From an uncultured delta proteobacterium (GTDB taxonomy: Bacteria; Myxococcota; Myxococcia; Myxococcales; Anaeromyxobacteraceae), in contig CAWHDZ010000017.1 in assembly GCA_963828255.1 (NCBI GenBank), positions 128,001 through 192,000 of the forward strand: a DNA stretch of 64,000 bases, read 5' to 3'. The translations under genes and the position numbers were made by a program. The notes beneath the pieces are model-generated. The model was not told where the DNA came from. It ran no database searches and worked only from the letters and a program-made list of their open reading frames with translations. Below, in pieces: positions 28,250 to 39,913 of this stretch (its first letter is position 1; each line of letters starts with the position of its first letter).

Positions 28250-29476
28250 TCAGCCTCCTGCGATGGTGTTGATCTGGAGAATGGGCATCAGGATGGAGAA
28301 GACGATGAAGGCCACGGCCACGCCCATGACCACGATCATGATGGGCTCGAGCAGCGAGGTGAGCGCGGCGATCTTGGTCTCCACCTGGCTGTCGTAGGCG
28401 TTGGCGACGTTCCCGAGCATGTCCTCGAGCTCGCCCGACTTCTCGCCGATGGCGATCATGTGGTACACCAATGGTGGAAACTCGCCGGAGCGCTTGAGCG
28501 GCGCGGCGATGCTCTCGCCCTCCTTGATCGACTCGCGGGCCTCCTCGATGACCGCGGCCAGGCGGGTGTTCCCCACGATGTTCCGCACGATGTCGAGCGC
28601 GGTGAGCAGGGGCACCCCGCTCTTCAGCAGCGTGGCCAGCGTGCGGGAGAAGCGCGCCACCGCCACCTGGCGTATCAGGGATCCGAAGATGGGGGCGTCG
28701 AGGACCCAGATGTCCCAGCGCGCCCGGCCCGCCTCGGTCCTGCGCCAGCGCACGAATCCGTAGATCCCGGCGGCCAGCAGCAGGATCACCGCCCACCACC
28801 AGTCGTGCATGAAGCTGGCGACGCCGAGGAGGATGCGGGTGGTCCAGGGCAGCACCACCTTGGTGTCCTCGAAGATCTTGGTGATCTTGGGGATGACCAC
28901 CGTGAAGAGGATGCCCATCACCGCCGCGCCGATGATCACCATGGCGGCCGGGTAGGTGAGGGTGCCGAGGACCTTGGAGCGCAGACGGGCCTGGCTCTCC
29001 GTGAAGTCGGCGAGCCGGAAGAGCACCACGTCGAGGGCGCCGGAGGACTCGCCGGCCCGGATCATGTTCACGTAGAGGTTGCTGAAGGCCTTGGGGTGCT
29101 GCCCCAGCGCGTCGGCCAGCGAGGACCCCTCGTTGACCCGCTGCTTCACCGCGGAGAGCACCCGCTTCAGCCGCTCGTGGTCCACCTGCTCCACCAGCGC
29201 GGTGAGCGCGTCGACGAGCGGGATGCCGGCGTTCACCAGGACCGCCAGCTGCCGGGTGGCCACCGCCACGTCGTCGGCCTTGACCCGTCCGCCCACCCAG
29301 CGCCGGACGTTCACCTCGGGGGAGGCGGCCTTGGCCGCCTTCTCGCCGGTCACCTCGGTGAGGTAGAGCCCGTCGCGGCGGAGCGCCCCGCGCAGGGACC
29401 TGGGAGAGTCGGCCTCCTTGAGCCCCTCGACGTTCTTTCCGCGCTGGTCGAGCGCCTTGTATGCGAAGACGGGCAT
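28250..29476 (-). CDS. gspF: T2SS inner membrane platform GspF
   Basis: 'RQLAVLVNAGIPL', 'AGESSGAL', 'GEKSGEL', 'LLEP'. Confidence 0.94.
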   Translation of the reverse strand: MPVFAYKALDQRGKNVEGLKEADSPRSLRGALRRDGLYLTEVTGEKAAKAASPEVNVRRWVGGRVKADDVAVATRQLAVLVNAGIPLVDALTALVEQVDHERLKRVLSAVKQRVNEGSSLADALGQHPKAFSNLYVNMIRAGESSGALDVVLFRLADFTESQARLRSKVLGTLTYPAAMVIIGAAVMGILFTVVIPKITKIFEDTKVVLPWTTRILLGVASFMHDWWWAVILLLAAGIYGFVRWRRTEAGRARWDIWVLDAPIFGSLIRQVAVARFSRTLATLLKSGVPLLTALDIVRNIVGNTRLAAVIEEARESIKEGESIAAPLKRSGEFPPLVYHMIAIGEKSGELEDMLGNVANAYDSQVETKIAALTSLLEPIMIVVMGVAVAFIVFSILMPILQINTIAGG

Positions 29477-29485
29477 GGCCGGCCG

Positions 29486-31279
<1,794 letters not shown>

Positions 31280-31300
31280 GTCGGTCGGTGGCGGGGTCGC

Positions 31301-34249
31301 CTAGCCGCCGCCCGGCGGCGGGGCGGTGGGTGCCGGCGCGGGCGTGGCCGGCTCGGCGCCCGGAATGGGCAGCATCGTGCCCTGGGTGGGTGGGAAGGTG
31401 CGCGGCTGCGCTTCGGCGGGGGTCGGTGCCGGGGCTGGCGCCGGTGCTGCGGCAGGCGCGGCCGGCGGGCTCGCCGGCAGAGGCCCGGTCGGGACCGCGG
31501 ACGGAGCGATGGTGCGCCCCGGCGTCGCGGAGGCGCCCGGCGAAGGCAACGGAATGGGAGGGATCGCCGGACCGTAGCTCGGTGGCGGCTTGACCGTCTT
31601 CTCGCCGAAGCCGCCCGGACCTCCGTTCTCGATCTTCGCGCTCTCCGTGACCACCTGCTGCCGGACGCGGGTGAGCGGACCGGGGCGGCTGGAGGCCTCC
31701 GCGAGCGTGTAGTCGGGCTTCTTGCCGTAGTAGAGCTCGTAGAGCTCGCGGTGCTCCCGCTGCTTGCGCTCCAGGATCCGCCGGAAGTCGGACTGGTCCC
31801 GGATGATGTAGGGGGTGAGCAGGAGGAGAAGGTTCGTCTTCTTCTTCACGATGTTGGTGCTGCGGAACGCCCAGCCCAGGATGGGGATGTCGCCGAGCAA
31901 CGGGATCTTCGACACCGAGGTGACGTTCCGGTCCTGGACCAGGCCGCCGATCACGATGGTGCTCTGGTCCTTCACCACCACCTTGGTCTTCACGCTGCGC
32001 TTCGCCGTCGTGGGGCCGAGCGTCGGGTTGTTGGCGACGATCTCCTCCTGCGACTCCTCGATGTCCATGCGCACCATGTCGCCCTCGTGGATCTGCGGCT
32101 TGATCTTGAGCTTGAGGTCGACGTTCTGGCGCTGGATGGGGGCGATGAGGCTGGCCACGTTGTAGTTGTTGAGCAGGCTGTTGGTGGCGCCGGCCGCCCC
32201 CGTGGCCCCGGCGGTGCTGAACCCGGGGTTGTAGCCGGCCTGGAAGGGCACGTTGTTGCCGACGATGATCTCCGACTCCTCGTTGTCCTGGGCGATGAGG
32301 TGCGGCGTGGAGAGCACGTTCACGTCGGAGTTGGACTGCAGCGCCTGGATGACCACGCCCACGCTCGGGAACGGGAAGATGTCCTTCAGCTCGGCCGAGA
32401 CCGGGCCCACGAGGCCGGTGAGGAACCCGCCCAGCTGGAGGGCCGAGGTCGGGTTGAGGGAGTTGATCTTCCCGGGCTCGAGGCCGATGGGGATGAAGCC
32501 CTTCCCGTTGGCGGTGTTGACCGGGACGGCGAGGTGCATGCCGACGCCGATGTCGCTCGTGTTGTCGATGTCCACCTCCATGATCACCGCCTCCACGAAG
32601 ACCTGGCGGCGCGGGCGGTCGAGCTTGTCGATGAGCCGCTGCACCACCGCGAAGTCGGAGGCGCTGGCGATGATCACGAGCGAGTTGGAAGGCTTGTCGG
32701 CCGTGACCTTCACGTCCCCGCTGAAGAGCTCGGCGGTGCCGCCGCCGCCGGCCGCCCGCGGCGCGGTGACGCCCGGTGGCGAGACCATCCCGGCGCCGGG
32801 CGGGGCGCCGGCCGTCGAGCCGGAGCGGCGCGAGCCGCTGGCCAGGTTCTGCAGCGTGTTGGACAGGTCCTCGGCGTTGGCGTTCTTCAGGAAGATGACG
32901 TGGATCGACCCCTCGCCGGCGGTGGGCGTGTCGAGCTGCCGGACCAGCTCGACGATGCGCTGGAAGCTCTTCTCGTCGGAGATGACGATGAGCTTGTTGG
33001 TGCGCTCGTCGGCCACCACCTTGCTGATGGAGATCTCCCCCGCCTCGGCCCCCGCGCCGGCCGGCGCTGCACCCGGAGCCGCCCCCGGTGCGGCCACGCC
33101 GCCGATGACCGCCCGGCGGGTGCCCTTGCCCGGCTGCCCGGGCGCCTGGACGAAGATCTGGTTCACCTTGTCGGCCACGTCGCGCGCCGGGGCGTACTGG
33201 ACCTGGATGACCCGCACCAGGTCGTGGGAGCCGGGTCGGTCGAGGGCCTCGAGCAGCTTCTCGATGCGCCGGACGTTCAGCCCGATGTCGGTGACGAGGA
33301 GGATGTCGGGGGGAATGGTCTGGATGTCGGCGCCCTGGGGCGAGGTGAAGTTTCCGAGGACGGCCCGCAACTGGTCGGGGTCCACGTAGCGGAGCCGGAA
33401 GAGCTTGGTCACCGACTGCTCCAGGGCGGGGATCTCACCGTCCTCGCTGAGCAGGGTGGGAATGGGCACCTTCTTGGCGTCGGCGATGCGGACGAGCTTC
33501 CAGTACTTGCCCGTCTGGTACATGGCGATGCCGTTGGTGTTGAGCGCGGCCAGGAAGGCCGCGTAGGCCTCCTCGGCCGTGACCGGCGTCTTGGAGAGCA
33601 GGGTGATCTTCCCGCGGACGACCTCATCGGTGTAGGCGAAGTTGCGGCAAGTCCAGCGGCTGGCCTGCTCGAGGAGGTCGAGGATCTCCGCCTTGTTGAA
33701 GGCGAGGAGGAACTTGCCCTCCATCGGCTCGCAGGCGCCGGAGGAGCGGGCCGATCCGCCCGCCTGGCCGGCGGGGACGACGTCGGCGCGGGCGGGGCTG
33801 CTGTCCGGGCGCGAGGGGGCCGCCTGCTGCACGCCCGGGGCGACGCTCTCACCCGGGGCGACGCTCTCACCCGGGGGGGGCGCGACCCCGGAGGGAGGAG
33901 ACGCGAAGGCACTGCCCGCCGAGGAAGCTGCGCCCCCCTGGCCGTCGGAGGCGGGAGACGTACCTGCCGACCCGGGATCAGCTTCGGTGGCGGTCTCGGC
34001 GCCGGGAGTGGGAGCGGGAGCGCGAGCCGGAGCGGCGGTGCGCCCCGGCCTTGTCATCGGGACGCCGGCCTTCATTCCAGCAGGCGTGCGGCGGATTGCC
34101 CCTGGTCGGGGAGCCGGCGCGTTGCTGGTCCCCGTGGCGTACGGGGGGACGGCCGGCGGTGCCCGGGGCGGCACGCTGGGCGACTCTTCAGGTAAATCCT
34201 GCGCCCCAGCCAGCGCGGACACGAGTAGGGCGGCGAGAAGCGAGCGCAT
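31301..34249 (-). CDS. gspD: T2SS secretin GspD with Pro/Ala-rich termini
   Basis: Signal peptide, N-domains, 'QVFVEAVIMEV', 'KIPLLGDIPILGWAFR', 'LLTPYII'. Confidence 0.93.
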   Translation of the reverse strand: MRSLLAALLVSALAGAQDLPEESPSVPPRAPPAVPPYATGTSNAPAPRPGAIRRTPAGMKAGVPMTRPGRTAAPARAPAPTPGAETATEADPGSAGTSPASDGQGGAASSAGSAFASPPSGVAPPPGESVAPGESVAPGVQQAAPSRPDSSPARADVVPAGQAGGSARSSGACEPMEGKFLLAFNKAEILDLLEQASRWTCRNFAYTDEVVRGKITLLSKTPVTAEEAYAAFLAALNTNGIAMYQTGKYWKLVRIADAKKVPIPTLLSEDGEIPALEQSVTKLFRLRYVDPDQLRAVLGNFTSPQGADIQTIPPDILLVTDIGLNVRRIEKLLEALDRPGSHDLVRVIQVQYAPARDVADKVNQIFVQAPGQPGKGTRRAVIGGVAAPGAAPGAAPAGAGAEAGEISISKVVADERTNKLIVISDEKSFQRIVELVRQLDTPTAGEGSIHVIFLKNANAEDLSNTLQNLASGSRRSGSTAGAPPGAGMVSPPGVTAPRAAGGGGTAELFSGDVKVTADKPSNSLVIIASASDFAVVQRLIDKLDRPRRQVFVEAVIMEVDIDNTSDIGVGMHLAVPVNTANGKGFIPIGLEPGKINSLNPTSALQLGGFLTGLVGPVSAELKDIFPFPSVGVVIQALQSNSDVNVLSTPHLIAQDNEESEIIVGNNVPFQAGYNPGFSTAGATGAAGATNSLLNNYNVASLIAPIQRQNVDLKLKIKPQIHEGDMVRMDIEESQEEIVANNPTLGPTTAKRSVKTKVVVKDQSTIVIGGLVQDRNVTSVSKIPLLGDIPILGWAFRSTNIVKKKTNLLLLLTPYIIRDQSDFRRILERKQREHRELYELYYGKKPDYTLAEASSRPGPLTRVRQQVVTESAKIENGGPGGFGEKTVKPPPSYGPAIPPIPLPSPGASATPGRTIAPSAVPTGPLPASPPAAPAAAPAPAPAPTPAEAQPRTFPPTQGTMLPIPGAEPATPAPAPTAPPPGGG
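33834..33876. repeat. 18-bp tandem duplication within gspD (PGESVA x2)
   Basis: cccggggcgacgctctca repeated twice plus a partial copy. Confidence 0.7.
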
Positions 34250-34267
34250 GTGTTCCCCTCGCACCGG

Positions 34268-35254
34268 CTACGGGCCGGTGACGTTGTACTCCTTGCGGAT
34301 GGTCTGGCCGTTGCGCTCGAGGTCGATCGTGACGTGCCGCGCCTCGCGCAGCTTCTGGTAGATCTCGAGCGCCTTGTCCGGCGAGTTGATCTCGTAGCCG
34401 TTGACCTTCTGGACCACGTCGCCGTTCTCCACCCCGATCGCGGAGTAGAAGGAGTTGGGCTGGATCGAGAAGACCTTGAACCCGTTGGCCACGCCGTTCT
34501 TGAAGCTCGGGACGATGCGCGCCTGGGTGGCCACGGAGTTCAGGTTGGAGAGCGTCCCGTCGAGGACCGACTTCTTCACGTCGTACTTGTTGTCGGCGAC
34601 CTTGCGGATGCCGTCGGGCGTCATGGCCGATGCGCCGGCGTTGGGAGGCGGGACGGGGACGACGCCCACGTTCGGCGCCGAGACGGCGACGGCCGCCCCG
34701 CCGCCGCCGGTGTCGAAGCCGATGAACTCCTTGCGCCCGTCGTGGCAGACGATGGCGACCACCCGGAAGGCGCGCCCGCTGGTGTCCTGCTCGTCGCGGA
34801 TCCGCTCCACGGACAGGACCCGCGACCCCTGCACCTCGTCGCCGACCCCGTAGGTCCGGGTCTGACCGCTCGACTTGTCCATGATCACGGCAACCGACCG
34901 GAGGGGCCTGTCGGAGACGATCCCGGCCACGAGCTGGGCGCGCAGGGACGTGGCGACCGGCGCCGCGAGGAGGTCGGAGCAGGTCTTCGGAGGCGGGGGA
35001 GCGGCGGCAGCGGTACCGGCCACGACCACCGGCGGGGGCTTCTGGCCGATGAGCGGGAACAGCTTGTCCACGTCGAGGTTGGCGAACGGGGTGGCGGGCG
35101 CCGATGCCTGCCCGCCGCTGGTCTCCACCCGCGGTGTCGGGCGGATCGCGGCCCCCACGGCCGTGTTGACCGTCTTCGCGAGCAGCCAGGCGGCCGCCGC
35201 GAGCAGCACCAGGTTGGCCACCCAGCCGTACTTCTTCAGAAAGACTTCGAGCAT
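34268..35254 (-). CDS. gspC: T2SS protein GspC (PDZ-containing)
   Basis: N-terminal TM; C-terminal PDZ 'GFKVFSIQPNSFYSAIGVENGDVV'. Confidence 0.88.
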   Translation of the reverse strand: MLEVFLKKYGWVANLVLLAAAAWLLAKTVNTAVGAAIRPTPRVETSGGQASAPATPFANLDVDKLFPLIGQKPPPVVVAGTAAAAPPPPKTCSDLLAAPVATSLRAQLVAGIVSDRPLRSVAVIMDKSSGQTRTYGVGDEVQGSRVLSVERIRDEQDTSGRAFRVVAIVCHDGRKEFIGFDTGGGGAAVAVSAPNVGVVPVPPPNAGASAMTPDGIRKVADNKYDVKKSVLDGTLSNLNSVATQARIVPSFKNGVANGFKVFSIQPNSFYSAIGVENGDVVQKVNGYEINSPDKALEIYQKLREARHVTIDLERNGQTIRKEYNVTGP

Positions 35255-35286
35255 CGTCGGACGGTCGCCCCTCCCAGCGTGACGTG

Positions 35287-35302
35287 AGCAACGGGCGTGC
35301 CA
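35287..35302 (-). promoter_or_regulatory. Sigma-54 (-24/-12) promoter of the gsp operon
   Basis: Minus strand TGGCACGCCCGTTGCT, matches the TGGCACG-N4-TTGCW consensus, 33 nt upstream of the gspC ATG. Confidence 0.85.
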
Positions 35303-35434
35303 CCATACCGCAGGAGACACCCCGGGCAAATACCGGAAACAACAAGGCTAATCGAATCTGGCATCGTGGCGAGGCGGCCCCGCCTGCCATTCTGGCAATT
35401 CACTCTCCCACCCCCCTCCGGGGACGCCATTTTG

Positions 35435-36856
35435 TCAGGCGCGATCGGGTGCGCCCGCGTCGTCGGGCTCCGGCTCCACGAGCCGACCTTCTCCGTCCCG
35501 GTCGAGCTTGCGGTAGATGGTGCGCGGCGCCACCCGGAGAAGCTGGGCGGCGAGGTTCTTGTCCCCCCGTGTCTGGCGGAGGGTCTCGCGGATCACGACC
35601 CGCTCGATCTCCTCGAGCGGAGTGCCGATGGCGATGGTCAGGGTGCCCGAGGGGGGAGCGGGGCGCCCCGGCGCGGCGCGGCGCACGGCGTCGGGCAGGT
35701 CCTCCAGCTGCACCACGTCGCCCCGGCAGAGGACCACCGCCCGCTCCATGGCGTGCTGGAGCTCCCGGACGTTGCCGGGCCAGTCGTGGCCGACGAGCGC
35801 CTGGAGCGCCGCGTCGGAGAAGCCGGCCACCGGGCGGCGGTTCCGCTCGGCGAACCCGCGCAGGAAGGTGGCGGCCAGCAGCGGGACGTCCTCGCGTCTC
35901 TCGCGCAGCGGGGGGAGCCTGACCGTCACCACGTCGAGCCGGTAGAAGAGGTCCTCGCGGAACCGGCCGGCCCGGACCTCGGCGGAGAGGTCGCGGTTGG
36001 TGGCCGCGACGATCCGGACGTCCACCTGCACCGGCTGGGTGCCTCCGAGCCGCTCGACCACGCCGTCCTGGAGCACCCGGAGGAGCTTGGCCTGCACCCC
36101 GGGCGACATGTCCCCGACCTCGTCGAGGAAGAGCGTGCCGCCGTGGGCGCGCTGGAAGCGCCCTTCCTTTCGCTGGATGGCGCCGGTGAAGGCGCCGCGC
36201 TCGTAACCGAACAGCTCCGACTCCAGGATGGTCTCCGGGATGGCGGCGCAGTTCACCGGCACGAAGGGCGCGGCCGACCGGGGCGACAGGTCGTGGAGGA
36301 GCCGCGCCGCGAGCTCCTTCCCGGTGCCGCTCTCGCCGAGGAGCAGGACGGTGGCCGAGGCCGGCGCGACCTGGCGGAGTGTGTCGAGAGCGGCCCGGAA
36401 GGAGGGCGCGCTCCCCACCATTCCCCCGTCGGCGGGCTCGCCGGAGAGGCGGGCCAGCCGGGCGCGCAGGGACCGGTTCTCGGCCACCAGCGAGGCCCTC
36501 TCCAGCGCCAGGCGCACGGACTTCACGATGGCGTGTCGCTTCACCGGCTTGGTGATGAAGTCGTAGGCCCCGTCCTTCATGGCGGCCACCGCGCCCTCGA
36601 CCGTGCCGAAGGCGGTCATGAGGACCACCTCGATCTCGGGGGCGATGGCCTTCAAGGCGCGGAGCAGCTCCCCGCCGCCCATCCCGGGCATCATGAGGTC
36701 GGTCACCACCACGTCGGGTCGATCCTGCCGCACCACCTCGAGGGCAGCCTGGCCCGAGTGGGCGAGCGCGACCCGCCATCCCTCGCGGGAGAAGGTCCGC
36801 TCCAGCGATTCCAGGTTGGATCGCTCGTCGTCCACGATGAGGATCAGGGGCGTCAC
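35435..36856 (-). CDS. Sigma-54-dependent response regulator (NtrC family: REC-AAA+-HTH)
   Basis: 'LIVDDE', 'GESGTGKE', GAFTGA, 'WPGNVREL', Fis-type HTH. Confidence 0.95.
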   Translation of the reverse strand: MTPLILIVDDERSNLESLERTFSREGWRVALAHSGQAALEVVRQDRPDVVVTDLMMPGMGGGELLRALKAIAPEIEVVLMTAFGTVEGAVAAMKDGAYDFITKPVKRHAIVKSVRLALERASLVAENRSLRARLARLSGEPADGGMVGSAPSFRAALDTLRQVAPASATVLLLGESGTGKELAARLLHDLSPRSAAPFVPVNCAAIPETILESELFGYERGAFTGAIQRKEGRFQRAHGGTLFLDEVGDMSPGVQAKLLRVLQDGVVERLGGTQPVQVDVRIVAATNRDLSAEVRAGRFREDLFYRLDVVTVRLPPLRERREDVPLLAATFLRGFAERNRRPVAGFSDAALQALVGHDWPGNVRELQHAMERAVVLCRGDVVQLEDLPDAVRRAAPGRPAPPSGTLTIAIGTPLEEIERVVIRETLRQTRGDKNLAAQLLRVAPRTIYRKLDRDGEGRLVEPEPDDAGAPDRA

Positions 36857-36967
36857 GCCGCCGGATCCTACAACGCCTCCCCCGCAATCACCCGTTTGCC
36901 ATGTCAGAAGCTTGGTGTATGAGACCGGCGGGGCCGGCCCCGAACCAGGCCGGCGTGGAGGAACGCC

Positions 36968-37840
36968 ATGAAGAGAAGCGCCGTCCTGATCGCCCTCGCG
37001 GTCGCCGCCTGCGGACCGTCGGTGAAGTCCGTCTCGGTCGAGCCCGCCCGGGTGACCCTGGACTCCAAGGGGGCGAGCGTCGAGCTCAAGGCCGTGGCCC
37101 GCGACGACAAGGGGCAGGCCATCGACCCCAGCAAGGTCAAGGTCGCCTGGTCGAGCGCGGCGCCCCAGACCGCCAGCGTCGACGCCGTCGGGGTGCTGGT
37201 GGCCCAGCGCTCCGGAGAGACCACCGTGACGGCCTCGGTCGGGGAGGTGAAGGGAACCGCCCCGGTCGTGGTCTCCATACCGGTCAGCATCAGCGTGTCG
37301 GCCGTGTCCAGCGATGCCCGCCCCGGCGACACGGTCCTGCTCAAGGTGACCGTGGTGGACGACACCGGCAAGCCGGTCACCGTGCCGCGCACCATCACCT
37401 GGACCAGCAGCGACGCCGGCGTGGCCCGCGTGGCCGACGGCAAGGTCGAGGCGGTCGGGCCGGGGTCGGCGACCATCACAGCCGCAACGGGCGCGCTCAA
37501 GGGCGTCGCCACCGTGACGGTGCGCATCCCCGAGTTCGCCAGGCTCTCGCTCGCGCCGGCCAAGACCCAGACCGTGAAGAAGGGCGACAGGCTGACCTTC
37601 AAGGTCGCCGCCCTCGACAAGAAGGGGCAGAAGGTGGGCGGGGTCCCGGTCGCCTGGAAGTCCTCCGACCCGCGCGTCGCCACGGTCTCCTCCGACGGCG
37701 TCGTCACCGCGGCGAAGAAGGGCAGCGCCAGGATCACCGCCTCGTCTTCCGGGAAGTCGGCGACCGTCGGGGTCACCGTCACCGAGACCGCCTCCAAGTC
37801 GAAGGCCAAGGCGAAGCCGCCCGCGAAGAAGAAGAAGTAG
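36968..37840 (+). CDS. Lipoprotein with three bacterial Ig-like (Big_2) domains
   Basis: Lipobox VAAC; three 'W.SS...VA.V..G.V.A...G...ITA' repeats; Lys-rich tail. Confidence 0.85.
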   Translation: MKRSAVLIALAVAACGPSVKSVSVEPARVTLDSKGASVELKAVARDDKGQAIDPSKVKVAWSSAAPQTASVDAVGVLVAQRSGETTVTASVGEVKGTAPVVVSIPVSISVSAVSSDARPGDTVLLKVTVVDDTGKPVTVPRTITWTSSDAGVARVADGKVEAVGPGSATITAATGALKGVATVTVRIPEFARLSLAPAKTQTVKKGDRLTFKVAALDKKGQKVGGVPVAWKSSDPRVATVSSDGVVTAAKKGSARITASSSGKSATVGVTVTETASKSKAKAKPPAKKKK

Positions 37841-37860
37841 CCAGCCGCGGGGCCCCCCCG

Positions 37861-37895
37861 GAAACGAAGAAGGCGAGCCCCGCGGGGCTCGCCTC
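37861..37895 (-). terminator. Intrinsic terminator after rpmE (between convergent genes)
   Basis: AGGCGAGCCC-CGCG-GGGCTCGCCT hairpin followed on the minus strand by TCTTCGTTTC. Confidence 0.75.
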
Positions 37896-37924
37896 TCGTA
37901 CGGCCGTGGCCGGGGGAGGGATCC

Positions 37925-38287
37925 CTAGGCCTCGGGGGTCTCGCCAGCCGGGGCCTCCGCCTTGGGCGCCGGCTTCGGCTTCCCGGCGTTGGCCTTGGCG
38001 CGCTTGGTGGCGCGATTCTCGTCCTTGGCGGCCGCCTTGACCGGCGCGGGCGCGGGGGGCGGGGCGGCCTTCTTCTCGTCTCCCTTGGGGGAGTTCGCGT
38101 AGCGGTTCTTGAAGCGCTCGATGCGGCCGGCGGTGTCCATGATCTTCTGCTTGCCCGTGAAGAACGGGTGGCACGACGAGCAGATCTCGATGTGGAAGTC
38201 GCCGCGGGTGGAGCGGGTCTCGATGACCGCGCCGCAGGCGCAGGTCACCTTGGTGGACTTGTAGTCGGGGTGGATGCCTTCCCTCAT
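37925..38287 (-). CDS. rpmE: 50S ribosomal protein L31 (Zn-binding type) with C-terminal extension
   Basis: 'MREGIHPDY...CACG...[13 protein letters not shown]...GRIERF'. Confidence 0.96.
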   Translation of the reverse strand: MREGIHPDYKSTKVTCACGAVIETRSTRGDFHIEICSSCHPFFTGKQKIMDTAGRIERFKNRYANSPKGDEKKAAPPPAPAPVKAAAKDENRATKRAKANAGKPKPAPKAEAPAGETPEA

Positions 38288-38350
38288 GACGTCCTTCCTG
38301 TCGCCTCATGCATCGCGCTCCAGCGCGCGGTGGTCCGGGCGGGAGCGGGG

Positions 38351-38379
38351 GATCTAGTACGTGCAGGCGGTTCCGTCAA
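38351..38379 (-). promoter_or_regulatory. Putative sigma-70 promoter of rpmE
   Basis: TTGACG-17 nt-TAGATC. Confidence 0.55.
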
Positions 38380-38388
38380 GGACGGCGG

Positions 38389-39702
38389 TCACTTGCCACC
38401 CCCGACCATCATCTGGAAGAACTCGGCGTGGTTCCCCGCCTGGCGGAACTTGTCGAGCATGAACTTCATGGCCTCCACGTTGTCGAGCCCGTTCAGGATG
38501 GTCTGCCGCAGGATGTAGATCTTGGAGAGCCAGTCGGCCGGGAGGAGCAGTTCCTCCTTGCGGGTCCCGCTCTTCGCCAGGTCCATGCAGGGGAAGATGC
38601 GCTTCTCCATGAGCCTGCGGTCGAGGACGATCTCGGAGTTCCCGGTGCCCTTGAACTCCTCGAAGATCACCTCGTCCATCCGGCTCCCGGTGTCCACGAG
38701 CGCGGTGCCGATGATGGTGAGCGAGCCGCCCTCCTCGATGTTGCGGGCCGCGCCGAAGAAGCGCTTGGGCTTGTGGAGCGCGTTGGCGTCCACGCCGCCC
38801 GAGAGGATCTTGCCCGAGGGCGGCACGGTCGAGTTGTAGGCGCGCGCCAGCCGGGTGATCGAGTCGAGGAGGATGACCACGTCCCTCTTGTGCTCCACCA
38901 GCCGGCGGGCCTTCTCGATGACCATCTCCGCCACCTGGACGTGGCGGGTGGCCGGCTCGTCGAAGGTGGAGGCCACCACCTCGCCCTTCACCGTCCGTTC
39001 CATGTCGGTGACCTCCTCGGGCCGCTCGTCGATGAGCAGGACGATGAGGGTGACCTCGGGGTGGTTGGCGGTGATGGCGTGGGCGATGTGCTGCAGGAGC
39101 ACGGTCTTCCCGGCGCGCGGGGGGGAGACGATGAGGCAGCGCTGCCCCTTGCCGATCGGGGCGAAGAGGTCCACCACCCGGGTGGTCATCTCCTCGGGAT
39201 CGTGCTCCAGGCGGAGCCGCTCGGTGGGGTAGAGCGGGGTGAGGTTGTCGAAGAGGGCCTTGGCCTGCCCCTCCTCGGGCGGCTCCCCGTTGATCGAGTC
39301 GACCTGGAGGAGCGCGAAGTACCGTTCGCCCTCCTTGGGCTGCCGCACCGTTCCCCGCAGAGAGTCGCCGGTCCGCAGGTTGAAGCGCCGGATCTGGGAC
39401 GGGGAGACGTAGATGTCGTCGGGACCCGGCAGGTAGCTGAAGTCCGCGCTGCGGAGGAACCCGAAGCCGTCGGGGAGGACCTCGATGGTTCCCTCGCTGG
39501 CGACCTCCATCTCCTCCTCCTTCTCCTCGGCCTTCCGCGACTCGGCCTGGAGGATGGCGAAGATCAGGTCCTGCTTCTTCATGGCGCCGGCGGCCTCGAT
39601 GCCGAGGTCGCGGGCCAGCGCGGCCAGCTCGGCGACCTTGCGGTGCTTGAGCTCGGTCAGGCTGGAAGTCGTTGCGGAGGGTGCGGAGGGGGATGCGGGC
39701 AT
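38389..39702 (-). CDS. rho: Transcription termination factor Rho
   Basis: 'GFGFLR', '[12 protein letters not shown]', 'PIGKGQR', '[10 protein letters not shown]'. Confidence 0.97.
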   Translation of the reverse strand: MPASPSAPSATTSSLTELKHRKVAELAALARDLGIEAAGAMKKQDLIFAILQAESRKAEEKEEEMEVASEGTIEVLPDGFGFLRSADFSYLPGPDDIYVSPSQIRRFNLRTGDSLRGTVRQPKEGERYFALLQVDSINGEPPEEGQAKALFDNLTPLYPTERLRLEHDPEEMTTRVVDLFAPIGKGQRCLIVSPPRAGKTVLLQHIAHAITANHPEVTLIVLLIDERPEEVTDMERTVKGEVVASTFDEPATRHVQVAEMVIEKARRLVEHKRDVVILLDSITRLARAYNSTVPPSGKILSGGVDANALHKPKRFFGAARNIEEGGSLTIIGTALVDTGSRMDEVIFEEFKGTGNSEIVLDRRLMEKRIFPCMDLAKSGTRKEELLLPADWLSKIYILRQTILNGLDNVEAMKFMLDKFRQAGNHAEFFQMMVGGGK

Positions 39703-39777
39703 GTGTGGGGGTGTCCGATGCGAGGCGCCGGCGGGCGGAGGCCCGGGGGGAGGCTGGCGCGGCTGCGGGGAGAGGGA

Positions 39778-39806
39778 AAGCTAAGGGGCACGGGCCGAAC
39801 TGTCAA
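39778..39806 (-). promoter_or_regulatory. Putative sigma-70 promoter of rho
   Basis: TTGACA-17 nt-TAGCTT. Confidence 0.6.
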
Positions 39807-39913
39807 CCTGAGAGGGTTTTCACCCGGAGAGGAGGTGGATGTACGTGCGGATGCGCGCGCACCCGCTTGTGCCATGGACGCGGGTCGCGCGGTGACGAGG
39901 TGAATCGGCGCGG

